From the NCBI GenBank assembly GCA_964567695.1, contig CAZMNQ010000003.1, forward strand, positions 1 to 37,776: DNA of 37,776 nucleotides. Reading direction: 5' to 3'. The notes beneath the pieces are model-generated. The model was not told the DNA's origin. It made no database searches and saw only the letters and a list, made by a program, of their open reading frames with translations. Source of the DNA: an uncultured Bdellovibrionales bacterium. GTDB taxonomy: Bacteria; Patescibacteriota; Minisyncoccia; Moranbacterales; UBA2206. The position numbers and the translations under genes were made by a program. The stretch's first letter is position 1, and each line of letters opens with the position of its first letter. This document shows positions 25,847 through 33,481 of this stretch, piece after piece.

Positions 25847-25937
25847 TCAGTTATAAAAGATGATGGGGGAATGACTGGTCGATCTTCCGATAAACTCATC
25901 GTTTTGAAAGAGATAATAAATCAAAGAAATTACTAAA

Positions 25938-26282
25938 ATGACAGAAATTATTCAAGACAGAGACTTCGTTGAATATATTGTGAAACAAATTGTTAACAAT
26001 CCAGACGCAGTCAAGGTTGACAGAAAAATTGACGAAATGGGTGTTCTTATTTCATTGGATGTAGCTCCAGAGGATATGGGAATGGTTATTGGTCGAGAAG
26101 GAGCAACAGCGAAAGCTCTTCGAACTCTACTTCGAGTTATCGGTGCCAAGAACAACGCCAGAGTTAATCTTAAAATAAACGAACCGGAAGGATCAACCAG
26201 AGAACCTCGCGAACCTCGTGAAAATAATGAAAATCGTGAAAGAAAAAGTATTGATGAGGTTGTTGGAGATATTCAAATATAG
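25938..26282 (+). CDS. KH-domain RNA-binding protein (KhpA/YlqC, UPF0109 type) with charged C-terminal tail
   Basis: IVKQIVNNPDAVKV......L.VAPEDMGMVIGREGATAKALRTLL matches the UPF0109 KH fold. Tail is EPEGSTREPREPRENNENRERKS. Confidence 0.8.
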   Translation: MTEIIQDRDFVEYIVKQIVNNPDAVKVDRKIDEMGVLISLDVAPEDMGMVIGREGATAKALRTLLRVIGAKNNARVNLKINEPEGSTREPREPRENNENRERKSIDEVVGDIQI

Positions 26283-26335
26283 TATTTAGCATTTTTATCC
26301 TCAGTTTGCATTTTTAATGTAGCGGGGTAGCTAAC

Positions 26336-26361
26336 AAAAAAGACCATAAACGGTCTTTTTT
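26336..26361 (+). terminator. Rho-independent terminator after the KH-protein gene
   Basis: AAAAAAGACC-ATAAAC-GGTCTTTTTT. Confidence 0.75.
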
Positions 26362-26494
26362 GTTTCCCTTTTGTGTGGTATTATTAGATTGCATTCGCCC
26401 CAGTAGTATATTTTGGGTGGGTGGATTAATACATAAATAAAAATCTTGAAGTATTAAAAAACAGCTAGTTAATGCTTTAAGATTATACTGTGGG

Positions 26495-27208
26495 GTGAAA
26501 TTTGATATAATTACAATTTTTCCTGAGATATTTGACTCCTATTTTTCCGAGTCGATTATTAAGCGCGCGCAAGGCGCTGGTTTTGTAGATATAAATATTA
26601 TTAATTTGCGTGACTACACGACAGATAGTCATAAGACTGTTGACGACACGCCCTATGGCGGAGGAGCGGGTATGGTTATGAAAGTTGAACCGATATATCG
26701 AGCTGTTGGCTCGATAATTTCCAATTTCCTCCGCCGCGGCGGACCAATTTCCAATGAATTTTCAAATTCAAATTCCAAAATTTCTAAACCAGATAATGTA
26801 TGTATTATTTTATTTTCAGCTAAGGGGAAGCGCTATACACAGCAAGACGCAGTTAGATTATCTAAATATGAAAATATTATAATGATTTGCGGTCGCTATG
26901 AAGGCGTGGATGAAAGAGTGATTGAACACATCGCGGATGAAGAAATTTCCATCGGAGATTTTGTTTTAACGGGTGGTGAAATTCCGGCGATGGTGGTTGT
27001 GGATAGCATCACGCGTCTCATTCCGGGTGTTCTTGGCAATAGTGAATCAATTGTGGCAGAGTCCCACAGTGAAGAACAATATTTGGAATATCCGCAATAC
27101 ACAAAACCGGAGTATTTTTCAGGTTGGAAAGTCCCTGAAGTGCTTTTGAGCGGCAATCATAAAAAAATTTCCGTTTGGCGCGAAGATAGTTCTAAATCAG
27201 TGAAATAA
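26495..27208 (+). CDS. trmD: tRNA (guanine37-N1)-methyltransferase
   Basis: GTG start. [53 protein letters not shown]. Carries an in-frame repeat element at 26715-26784. Confidence 0.9.
   Translation: MKFDIITIFPEIFDSYFSESIIKRAQGAGFVDINIINLRDYTTDSHKTVDDTPYGGGAGMVMKVEPIYRAVGSIISNFLRRGGPISNEFSNSNSKISKPDNVCIILFSAKGKRYTQQDAVRLSKYENIIMICGRYEGVDERVIEHIADEEISIGDFVLTGGEIPAMVVVDSITRLIPGVLGNSESIVAESHSEEQYLEYPQYTKPEYFSGWKVPEVLLSGNHKKISVWREDSSKSVK
26715..26784 (+). repeat. Family P2 element (core TCCGCCGCGGCGGA at 26730-26743) in frame inside trmD
   Basis: AATTTCCAATTTCC-TCCGCCGCGGCGGA-CCAATTTCCAATGAATTTTCAAATTCAAATTCCAAAATTTC. The 9-mer CCAATTTCC directly flanks the core on both sides. Encodes [23 protein letters not shown]. 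Confidence 0.8.
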
Positions 27209-27225
27209 TTTTTTAGAAAAGAATT

Positions 27226-28332
27226 ATGACTAAAGGTGACGCAAAAAAAGCTGATGCAATTTTATTATATTCAGTTTTTGGATTGATTATTTTTGGCCTA
27301 ATCATGATTGCCAGTGCTGGAGTCGGCTATTCCTTAACGCATTTCGGAGATGAATATTATTTTCTCAAGCGGCAACTATTATTTGGTGTTTTACAAGGCT
27401 TGCTCATCATGAGTATTGTAAAAAACATTGATTATAGGATTTGGAGAAAATTGTCCTTTCCATTTTTTGTCGCAAGTATAATTTTTCTGATCCTGGTATT
27501 TATTCCGGGGATTGGATCAAAAATTTATGGAGCAAATCGCTGGATTCAACTTGGGTTCTTTTCTTTTCAGCCGGCTGAAATGCTGAAAATATCTTTAATT
27601 TTATATTTAGCGGCTTGGCTTGAAAGCAGGCAGGAACGAATAAAAGACTTCTATGAGGGACTTGTGCCGTTCCTGATGATTGTTGCTCTGGTTAGTTTTC
27701 TTTTAGTGAAACAGCCGGATATCGGAACGCTGGGCATTATAATATTTATTGCCATGTCAATTTTTTTTGTTTCCGGTGCAAAAATTTCCCACATACTTTT
27801 AATGGGCGGGGCGGGTGTTATGTTGCTTTTTGCCTTGATTAAATTAGAATCATACCGAATGGACAGGTTTTTAGTTTTTTTGCATCCTGAGCTTGATCCG
27901 CGCGGAATTGGCTACCAGATTAACCAAGCGCTTCTGGCAATCGGCTCGGGCGGAATTTTTGGGGTTGGATTAGGCCATAGTATGCAAAAATTCAATTATT
28001 TGCCGGAACCGGCGGGCGATTCAATTTTTGCTATAATCGGGGAGGAATTGGGAATTTTCGGAGAATTTATTTTGATTGTTTTGTTTGTTATATTGGCGAT
28101 GCGCGGATTGCGTATTGCAAAACATGCTCCGGATATTTTTGGAAGATTGACGGCTGTCGGGATTGTTTCCTGGATAATGTTTCAAGCCTTCATAAATATC
28201 GCAGCTATTTCCGGTTTAATTCCATTAACTGGAGTTCCATTGCCATTTATCAGTTATGGAGGAACATCGGTCGTGTTTTTATTGACTGGCATTGGAATTT
28301 TATTGAATATTTCTAAACAAGCTAAAATTTAA
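27226..28332 (+). CDS. ftsW: SEDS-family peptidoglycan polymerase (FtsW by dcw context)
   Basis: 10-TM profile. RWIQLGFFSFQPAEMLK, PDIGT, GLGHSMQKFNYLPEPAGDSIFA, PLPFISYGGTS. Confidence 0.8.
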   Translation: MTKGDAKKADAILLYSVFGLIIFGLIMIASAGVGYSLTHFGDEYYFLKRQLLFGVLQGLLIMSIVKNIDYRIWRKLSFPFFVASIIFLILVFIPGIGSKIYGANRWIQLGFFSFQPAEMLKISLILYLAAWLESRQERIKDFYEGLVPFLMIVALVSFLLVKQPDIGTLGIIIFIAMSIFFVSGAKISHILLMGGAGVMLLFALIKLESYRMDRFLVFLHPELDPRGIGYQINQALLAIGSGGIFGVGLGHSMQKFNYLPEPAGDSIFAIIGEELGIFGEFILIVLFVILAMRGLRIAKHAPDIFGRLTAVGIVSWIMFQAFINIAAISGLIPLTGVPLPFISYGGTSVVFLLTGIGILLNISKQAKI

Positions 28333-28392
28333 TTTACAATTATCAATGATCAATTTTCAATAAAGTTACAATAATCAATGTTCAATTTTTAT

Positions 28393-28469
28393 CTTGAAAA
28401 TTTAGTAATTGAAGATTGATTGTAAATTCCTGCCTGCCGGCAGGCAGGGAAAATTGTAAATTGAAAATT
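28393..28469 (+). repeat. Family P1 full-length element (core 28429-28448), intergenic between ftsW and murG
   Basis: CTTGAAAATTTAGTAATTGAAGATTGATTGTAAATT-CCTGCCTGCCGGCAGGCAGG-GAAAATTGTAAATTGAAAATT. Perfect 20-nt palindrome. The arms are homologous to the copy inside miaB. Confidence 0.8.
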
Positions 28470-28480
28470 AATATCAAATT

Positions 28481-29581
28481 ATGAAAATTATATTAACGGG
28501 TGGTGGAACGGGCGGTCATTTGATGCCACTTATAGCAGTAGCTAGAAAAATTAAGGAGAAAGTTCCAGCGGTCGAATTTATTTTTATTGGTCCAAAAGGG
28601 AAAATGGAAGAGGCATTTATGGGCGCCGAAAACATCTCTTCCAAATGGATATCTGTTGGCAAGATGCGCAGATATTTTTCCTTGCTTAATTTCGTAGATT
28701 TTTTTAAAGTTATTTTTGGGGTTATGCAGTCGCTTGTAATCCTGCTGATTGAAATGCCCGACGCAATCTTTTCTAAAGGCGGCTATGCTTCATTTCCAGT
28801 TGTTTTTGTGGGCTGGCTCTATCGCATTCCGATTTTGATCCATGAATCAGACGCGACGCCCGGTTTGGCCAATAGAATATTGAAAAAATTTGTTGATCGC
28901 GTAGCAGTGGCTTATGTGGAAGCTGAAAAGGAATTTCCGGCTGCGCAAGTTGTGGTGACTGGCAATCCGTTGCGAGCCGATATTAATCTGGGTGATGCCA
29001 AAAAAGCCAGAGAAATGTTTTCTCTGGCTGAATCAAAAAAAGTAATTTTTGTTTATGGCGGGTCTCAGGGGGCGAGAGCTATTAATAATAAAATCTTGGA
29101 TATTTTGCCGGAACTTTTGCAAAAATATCAGGTTATACATCAGACTGGAGAAAGCAATTTTAATGAGGTTTGCCATCGCGCCGGAGAAATGGGTATCAAG
29201 GCGGGCCGGGAAGGTTATATCCCACTGTCTTTTATCGGGGAAGAATTAAAGGATATTTTGGCGGTTTCCGATTTAGTTATTTCGCGGGCGGGCGCCAATT
29301 CAATTTCCGAGATTGCGGCCAATGGAAAGCCATCAATCCTGATTCCCTTGCAAACAGCCGCCAATGACCATCAGCGGATGAATGCCTATGTTTTAGCGAA
29401 AATTGGCGGATGCGTCGTGCTGGAAGAAAGTAATTTGGGAGAGAATTTGTTCATGAGCAGAATTTCGGAAATTATGGAGAGCCCGGAGTTACAAAAGAAG
29501 TTATCCGAAAATATAAAAACATTTTATCACGCTGACGCGACTGAAAAAATTGCTGTGGGAATTTTGGATATGATAAAATAG
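28481..29581 (+). CDS. murG: UDP-N-acetylglucosamine--N-acetylmuramyl-(pentapeptide) pyrophosphoryl-undecaprenol GlcNAc transferase
   Basis: MKIILTGGGTGGHLMPLIAVA, GGSQGA, ISRAGANSISEIAANGKPSILIP, DHQ..NA. Confidence 0.9.
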   Translation: MKIILTGGGTGGHLMPLIAVARKIKEKVPAVEFIFIGPKGKMEEAFMGAENISSKWISVGKMRRYFSLLNFVDFFKVIFGVMQSLVILLIEMPDAIFSKGGYASFPVVFVGWLYRIPILIHESDATPGLANRILKKFVDRVAVAYVEAEKEFPAAQVVVTGNPLRADINLGDAKKAREMFSLAESKKVIFVYGGSQGARAINNKILDILPELLQKYQVIHQTGESNFNEVCHRAGEMGIKAGREGYIPLSFIGEELKDILAVSDLVISRAGANSISEIAANGKPSILIPLQTAANDHQRMNAYVLAKIGGCVVLEESNLGENLFMSRISEIMESPELQKKLSENIKTFYHADATEKIAVGILDMIK

Positions 29582-29583
29582 TA

Positions 29584-29645
29584 ATTTAATTTCAAAAACC
29601 AAATTTCAAATTTCAAATCAACTTTAAAAAACAAATTTCAAACTA
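29584..29645 (+). repeat. AT-rich AATTTCA heptamer tract without a GC core (murG-murC intergenic)
   Basis: ATTTAATTTCAAAAACCAAATTTCAAATTTCAAATCAAC...CAAATTTCAAAC carries the same heptamer as the P2 flanks. Confidence 0.5.
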
Positions 29646-29652
29646 ACTATAA

Positions 29653-31086
29653 TTGAAAAATATGGATTTATCAAAAATTAAAAATGTCTATGTGATTGGC
29701 ATTAAGGGCTCGGGTATTGTGGGTATTGTGGAAATTCTCACAAAAATGGGCATATTTGTGAGCGGATCGGATGTACCGGAGAAGTTTTTTACTGATGAAA
29801 TTTTGCAAAAATTAGATATAAAATATTTTGAGGAATTCTCAGAAAAAAATATTCCGGAAAATGTTGATTTAATTTTATATTCAACCGCCTATAACGCGGA
29901 GAATAATATTGAATTTAATGCGGCTAAAGAAAGAGATGTGTTGATGATGAGTTATCCGGAAATTTTAGGGGAACTTTTTAATCAAAAATATGGCATTGCG
30001 GTTTGTGGAACACATGGCAAAACTACAACTTCTGCCATGATGGCCTTTGTTTTGCAGGCAGTGGGCGTTTCTCCGACCGCGGTCATTGGTAGCCGCGTCA
30101 AACAGTGGGGTGGCAATGCTCTAGTTGGCACAGGAGAATATTTTGTTATTGAAGCGGATGAATATCAAAATAAATTAAGACTATATGAGCCAAAAGGAGT
30201 AATTCTTACAAGTGTGGATTGGGACCATCCAGACACATATCCAACTCTTAATGAATATAAAAAAGCTTTTACAGATTTTGTGGCTAAAATTCCCAAAACT
30301 GGTTTTCTAGTCGTTTGGGGAGATAGTATTGATACAAATGAAATTGCTAAGTATTGTACTGCTAAAGTAATTAAATATGGATTTGGAGAGGATAATGATG
30401 TTGTAATTTCAAATTTCAAATTTCATCCGCCGCGGCGGACAAATCAAAATCAAATGTCAAATGATCAAAATGATGAATTAAAATATCAGAGTTTTGATGT
30501 TATGTATAAAAAAGAGAATCTGGGTAGTTTTCAAATTAAACTTATTGGAAAACATAATGTTTTGAATGCTGGAGCGGTAATTGCAGTGTGTCACAAGTTG
30601 AATTTGGATATGGAAAAGGTGCGTGAAGCATTGAAGGATTTTTCCGGAACTTCAAGGCGCTTTGAAATGATTGGGCAGAGGAATGGCGCTATTTTAATTG
30701 ATGATTATGGCCATCATCCGGAAGAAATCAAAGCTACGCTGAAAGCGACTAGAGAAATTTATCCGGACAAAAATATTATTGCAGTCTTTCATCCGCATTC
30801 CTATTCACGAACCGAAGCCTTGTTACAAGATTTTGCGCAAAGTTTTGATGACGCGGACCGTGTGATTGTGCTGGACATCTATGGTAGCGCCCGGGAAAAC
30901 ACAGGCAATGTTTCTTCTGAGGATCTAGTAAAATTGATTAACAAATATAATCGCGGCAAAGCTGAATATATTGCAACCATTGATGGAGCCGTAGAATCCT
31001 TGCAAGATAAAATCAGCGACACGGATATTGTTCTGGCGATTGGCGCCGGCAATGTTTTTGAGGTGGTGAAAAAATTAAAATTTTAA
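29653..31086 (+). CDS. murC: UDP-N-acetylmuramate--L-alanine ligase
   Basis: GIKGSGI..., VSGSD, VCGTHGKTTTSAM, EADEYQ, GKHNVLNA, IDDYGHHPEEI. The ORF track starts at TTG 29653; ATG at 29662 is an equally plausible start. In-frame repeat element at 30404-30470. Confidence 0.9.
   Translation: MKNMDLSKIKNVYVIGIKGSGIVGIVEILTKMGIFVSGSDVPEKFFTDEILQKLDIKYFEEFSEKNIPENVDLILYSTAYNAENNIEFNAAKERDVLMMSYPEILGELFNQKYGIAVCGTHGKTTTSAMMAFVLQAVGVSPTAVIGSRVKQWGGNALVGTGEYFVIEADEYQNKLRLYEPKGVILTSVDWDHPDTYPTLNEYKKAFTDFVAKIPKTGFLVVWGDSIDTNEIAKYCTAKVIKYGFGEDNDVVISNFKFHPPRRTNQNQMSNDQNDELKYQSFDVMYKKENLGSFQIKLIGKHNVLNAGAVIAVCHKLNLDMEKVREALKDFSGTSRRFEMIGQRNGAILIDDYGHHPEEIKATLKATREIYPDKNIIAVFHPHSYSRTEALLQDFAQSFDDADRVIVLDIYGSARENTGNVSSEDLVKLINKYNRGKAEYIATIDGAVESLQDKISDTDIVLAIGAGNVFEVVKKLKF
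30404..30470 (+). repeat. Family P2 element (core 30426-30439) in frame inside murC
   Basis: TAATTTCAAATTTCAAATTTCA-TCCGCCGCGGCGGA-CAAATCAAAATCAAATGTCAAATGATCAAAA. Encodes SNFKFHPPRRTNQNQMSNDQ, a different reading frame from the trmD and miaA copies. Confidence 0.8.
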
Positions 31087-31090
31087 ATTT

Positions 31091-32023
31091 ATGTTAAATA
31101 TTCAAAAAAATATAAATATAGCTCCCTACACAACTTTCAAAATCGGCGGACCAGCGAAATATTTTGCAGAGGTTAATTCGGAGGAAGATATTTTTGAGGC
31201 GCTGAGATATGCCAAGGATAATGGCCTGCAATTTTTTATATTGGGTGGCGGTAGCAATATTTTGGTGAATGACAAAGGCTTTGACGGGTTGATTATAAAA
31301 ATGAAATTAGATGATCTCAAGATGGATGTGTCTCGGGGCATAATCGAAATCGGGGCAGGGGTGATTCTGGCGAAAATAGTGAAAAATTCCACTGCCGAGG
31401 GATTGACGGGCCTAGAATGGGCTTCCGGCATCCCTGGGACGGTTGGCGGAGCATTGAGGGGCAATGCGAGAGCTTTTGGACGCAATATCGGTATGTCAGT
31501 CGAAACTATTGAGGCACTAGATATTACGACCCTAGAAAGAACCACTTATAATAATTCCGAGTGTGAATTTGCCTATTGGGGTAGTATGTTTAAAAAAAAT
31601 CCCAACCTGATTATTTTGTCCGCTAAGATTAAGCTGGAAAAAGGTGACGCGGAAAAAAGTCAACAAGAGGCCAGGAATATTATAGTCAAAAGAATGGCTA
31701 TACATCCGACAGGCAGCAGCGCAGGTTCATTTTTTCTAAATCCAGTGGTGTTTGATGAAAAATTGCGGGAGAGATTTGAAAAGGATTCCGGAACAGCCTG
31801 TCGAGACAACAAAATTCCTGCTGGCTGGCTAATAGACGAAGTTGGACTGCGCGGTAAAAAAATAGGCGGAATTCAAGTGAGCGAAAAACATGCGAACTTT
31901 GTAATAAATATTGGGGGCGGAACAGCCGAGGAGGTTGTGATGCTGACAAGCTTTGTTAAACAGCAAGTGCGTGATAAACTAGGGATTGAGTTGCAAGAAG
32001 AAATTCAATTTGTAGGGTTCTGA
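31091..32023 (+). CDS. murB: UDP-N-acetylenolpyruvoylglucosamine reductase
   Basis: YTTFKIGGPAKYF, ILGGGSNILV, GIPGTVGGA, GSFFLNP, AGWLID..GLRG...G...VS.KHANF. Confidence 0.9.
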   Translation: MLNIQKNINIAPYTTFKIGGPAKYFAEVNSEEDIFEALRYAKDNGLQFFILGGGSNILVNDKGFDGLIIKMKLDDLKMDVSRGIIEIGAGVILAKIVKNSTAEGLTGLEWASGIPGTVGGALRGNARAFGRNIGMSVETIEALDITTLERTTYNNSECEFAYWGSMFKKNPNLIILSAKIKLEKGDAEKSQQEARNIIVKRMAIHPTGSSAGSFFLNPVVFDEKLRERFEKDSGTACRDNKIPAGWLIDEVGLRGKKIGGIQVSEKHANFVINIGGGTAEEVVMLTSFVKQQVRDKLGIELQEEIQFVGF

Positions 32024-32182
32024 GAGCCTGTTCATAATCTCCGTATTCTGCTGCGAAATTGAAATTCCGGCTGCAAATTGTTCAAAATTCGTCGAAATAT
32101 CCAGATATTCCTCCTCATTTTTCACAATTTTCGCTCGAAATTTCAATCTCTCGCGACGAAAGAGAGATTATGAGCAGGCTCT
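32023..32182 (+). repeat. 160-nt MITE-like or structured-RNA element with 19-nt terminal inverted repeats
   Basis: AGAGCCTGTTCATAATCTC (32023-32041) and GAGATTATGAGCAGGCTCT (32164-32182) pair at 18 of 19 Watson-Crick positions, plus one T-G (plus-strand G-U). It starts at the last base of the murB TGA stop. Internal sub-hairpins are present. Confidence 0.65.
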
Positions 32183-32212
32183 TAATTTGTTAATTAATAA
32201 TTTTAAAAATAT

Positions 32213-32581
32213 ATGGTTGTTGCAAGTACGAACAATGTGCGTTTTATGTACAAAGGTGTCAAAATAGATGACAGAACAAAGGAATATATTTTTAAAAGAC
32301 TGGGGCGGCTAGACAAAGTATTGGAAAAAGTTTTACACAAGGAAATTGAGATCGATATGGACAAAAAAGGCAAGTTTCGAGTGGAGGTTCTAATTAAAAC
32401 CCCCTACGATTTGTATCGAGCGGAGGAAATTACAGAAAGCATCGAGGGTTCAATCGATATTGTGGTTGATGAATTAAAGACGCAAATAACCCGCGGCAAG
32501 GAAAAGCAAAAAACCTTGATCAATCGCGGCGCCCGGTCCATCAAAAAGAAAATTGTCCTCGACAAAAGAGCCCGTTTCTAA
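32213..32581 (+). CDS. hpf: Ribosome hibernation promoting factor / RaiA family (short form)
   Basis: G..I.D....YI.KRL.RLDK, F.VEV.I........AEE..ES...SIDIVVDELKTQI fits the sigma-54 modulation protein/S30EA fold. Confidence 0.75.
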   Translation: MVVASTNNVRFMYKGVKIDDRTKEYIFKRLGRLDKVLEKVLHKEIEIDMDKKGKFRVEVLIKTPYDLYRAEEITESIEGSIDIVVDELKTQITRGKEKQKTLINRGARSIKKKIVLDKRARF

Positions 32582-32662
32582 ATGCATTAATCCAAAAACT
32601 TTTTGAAAGCTCGTCCCAAGTGGATGAGCTTTTGCTTGAGGATAACTTTTTTGGTAAAAAGG

Positions 32663-32671
32663 TGGTATAAT
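32663..32671 (+). promoter_or_regulatory. Extended -10 promoter element upstream of the secreted-protein gene
   Basis: TGGTATAAT about 30 nt upstream of the ATG at 32701. Confidence 0.4.
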
Positions 32672-32700
32672 AAAGGCAGGTAAAAAAACCAGAAATAATT

Positions 32701-33399
32701 ATGAACAAAAAAATAAAAATCGAGATTGCAGTGGGGACAATAGTGTTGCTTGCGCTAATGAGCGGATTGTATATTTGGAAAAGCAGCCAAGAAATTAAGT
32801 TTGCCAGTCCCGTGGTGGAAATTGGCAAAAAGCCGGAGCAAAAAATGTGTACTCAGGATGCAAAACTTTGCGCGGACGGAACCTATGTTTCCCGCACTGG
32901 CTCAAATTGTGAATTTGCAGCGTGTCCGGAAGTTAAAAATGATGTAACGGCTGATTGGCAAACATATCGAAATGAAGAATATGGATTCGAATTTCAATAT
33001 CCAAAAAATTGGAGTGTCACAGAAACTAAGGGTATAAATATGCCACAAAAAACATCAGTTGCTGTCACTTCAAATATTGATGATAAACTTGGTTTTGGTG
33101 TGCTTTTGTTTAAATCAACGGATGATTTGAAGACATTATACGATCATTTTTTTGGTTGCGTTGAATGTGGCAGGAAGGCTGGATATAAAATTGATACAAA
33201 GCAACTAACTATCAATGGTTATCCGGCATACTATGTCCATTCAGAAACGGTTAGTCCACATGTTAAATTTCACTACGCCATTTCTGATAATAAGGGAATG
33301 ATATTAGTAGCTAATTTTTATGAAAAAGACAATTCATACGATTCCTATTTACCAGATTTTAATCGTTTTGCTAATTCGATAAAATTCACTAGTAAATAA
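32701..33399 (+). CDS. Secreted or membrane-anchored hypothetical protein with a Cys-rich module
   Basis: N-terminal TM (IAVGTIVLLALMSGLYIW), CTQDAKLCADGTYVSRTGSNCEFAACPE four-Cys module, then WQTYRNEEYGFEFQYPKNW. In my recollection this motif is common in CPR surface proteins. Confidence 0.55.
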   Translation: MNKKIKIEIAVGTIVLLALMSGLYIWKSSQEIKFASPVVEIGKKPEQKMCTQDAKLCADGTYVSRTGSNCEFAACPEVKNDVTADWQTYRNEEYGFEFQYPKNWSVTETKGINMPQKTSVAVTSNIDDKLGFGVLLFKSTDDLKTLYDHFFGCVECGRKAGYKIDTKQLTINGYPAYYVHSETVSPHVKFHYAISDNKGMILVANFYEKDNSYDSYLPDFNRFANSIKFTSK

Positions 33400-33429
33400 T
33401 CTTGAAACATTATAAAAAATACTTTAAAT

Positions 33430-33458
33430 TTGCAATAAGCTTTGTTTTTAGCTAAAAT
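33430..33458 (+). promoter_or_regulatory. Sigma-70-type promoter upstream of gatB
   Basis: TTGCAA (33430-33435), 17-nt spacer, TAAAAT (33453-33458), 23 nt before the ATG. Confidence 0.5.
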
Positions 33459-33481
33459 GAATAAGTAATTAAGAAATCTTT

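Noticed and set aside
28429-28448. P1 palindrome acting as a rho-independent terminator for ftsW
   Set aside because: The GC stem is not followed by a U-tract (GAAAATTG follows). Identical cores also sit inside ORFs that must be read through. A terminator role is therefore unlikely as the primary explanation.
29584-29645. Possible CRISPR array suggested by periodic AATTTCA repeats here and in the P2 flanks
   Set aside because: The repeat unit is only 7 nt with no unique spacers of 25-40 nt, and there are no cas genes. This is microsatellite-like, not CRISPR.
32021-32023. Alternative genetic code (TGA read as a sense codon, as in Gracilibacteria/SR1)
   Set aside because: TGA terminates well-delimited conserved genes at the expected length: murB here and the DsbA-like gene at 24519-24521. 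Standard code 11 fits all the ORFs.
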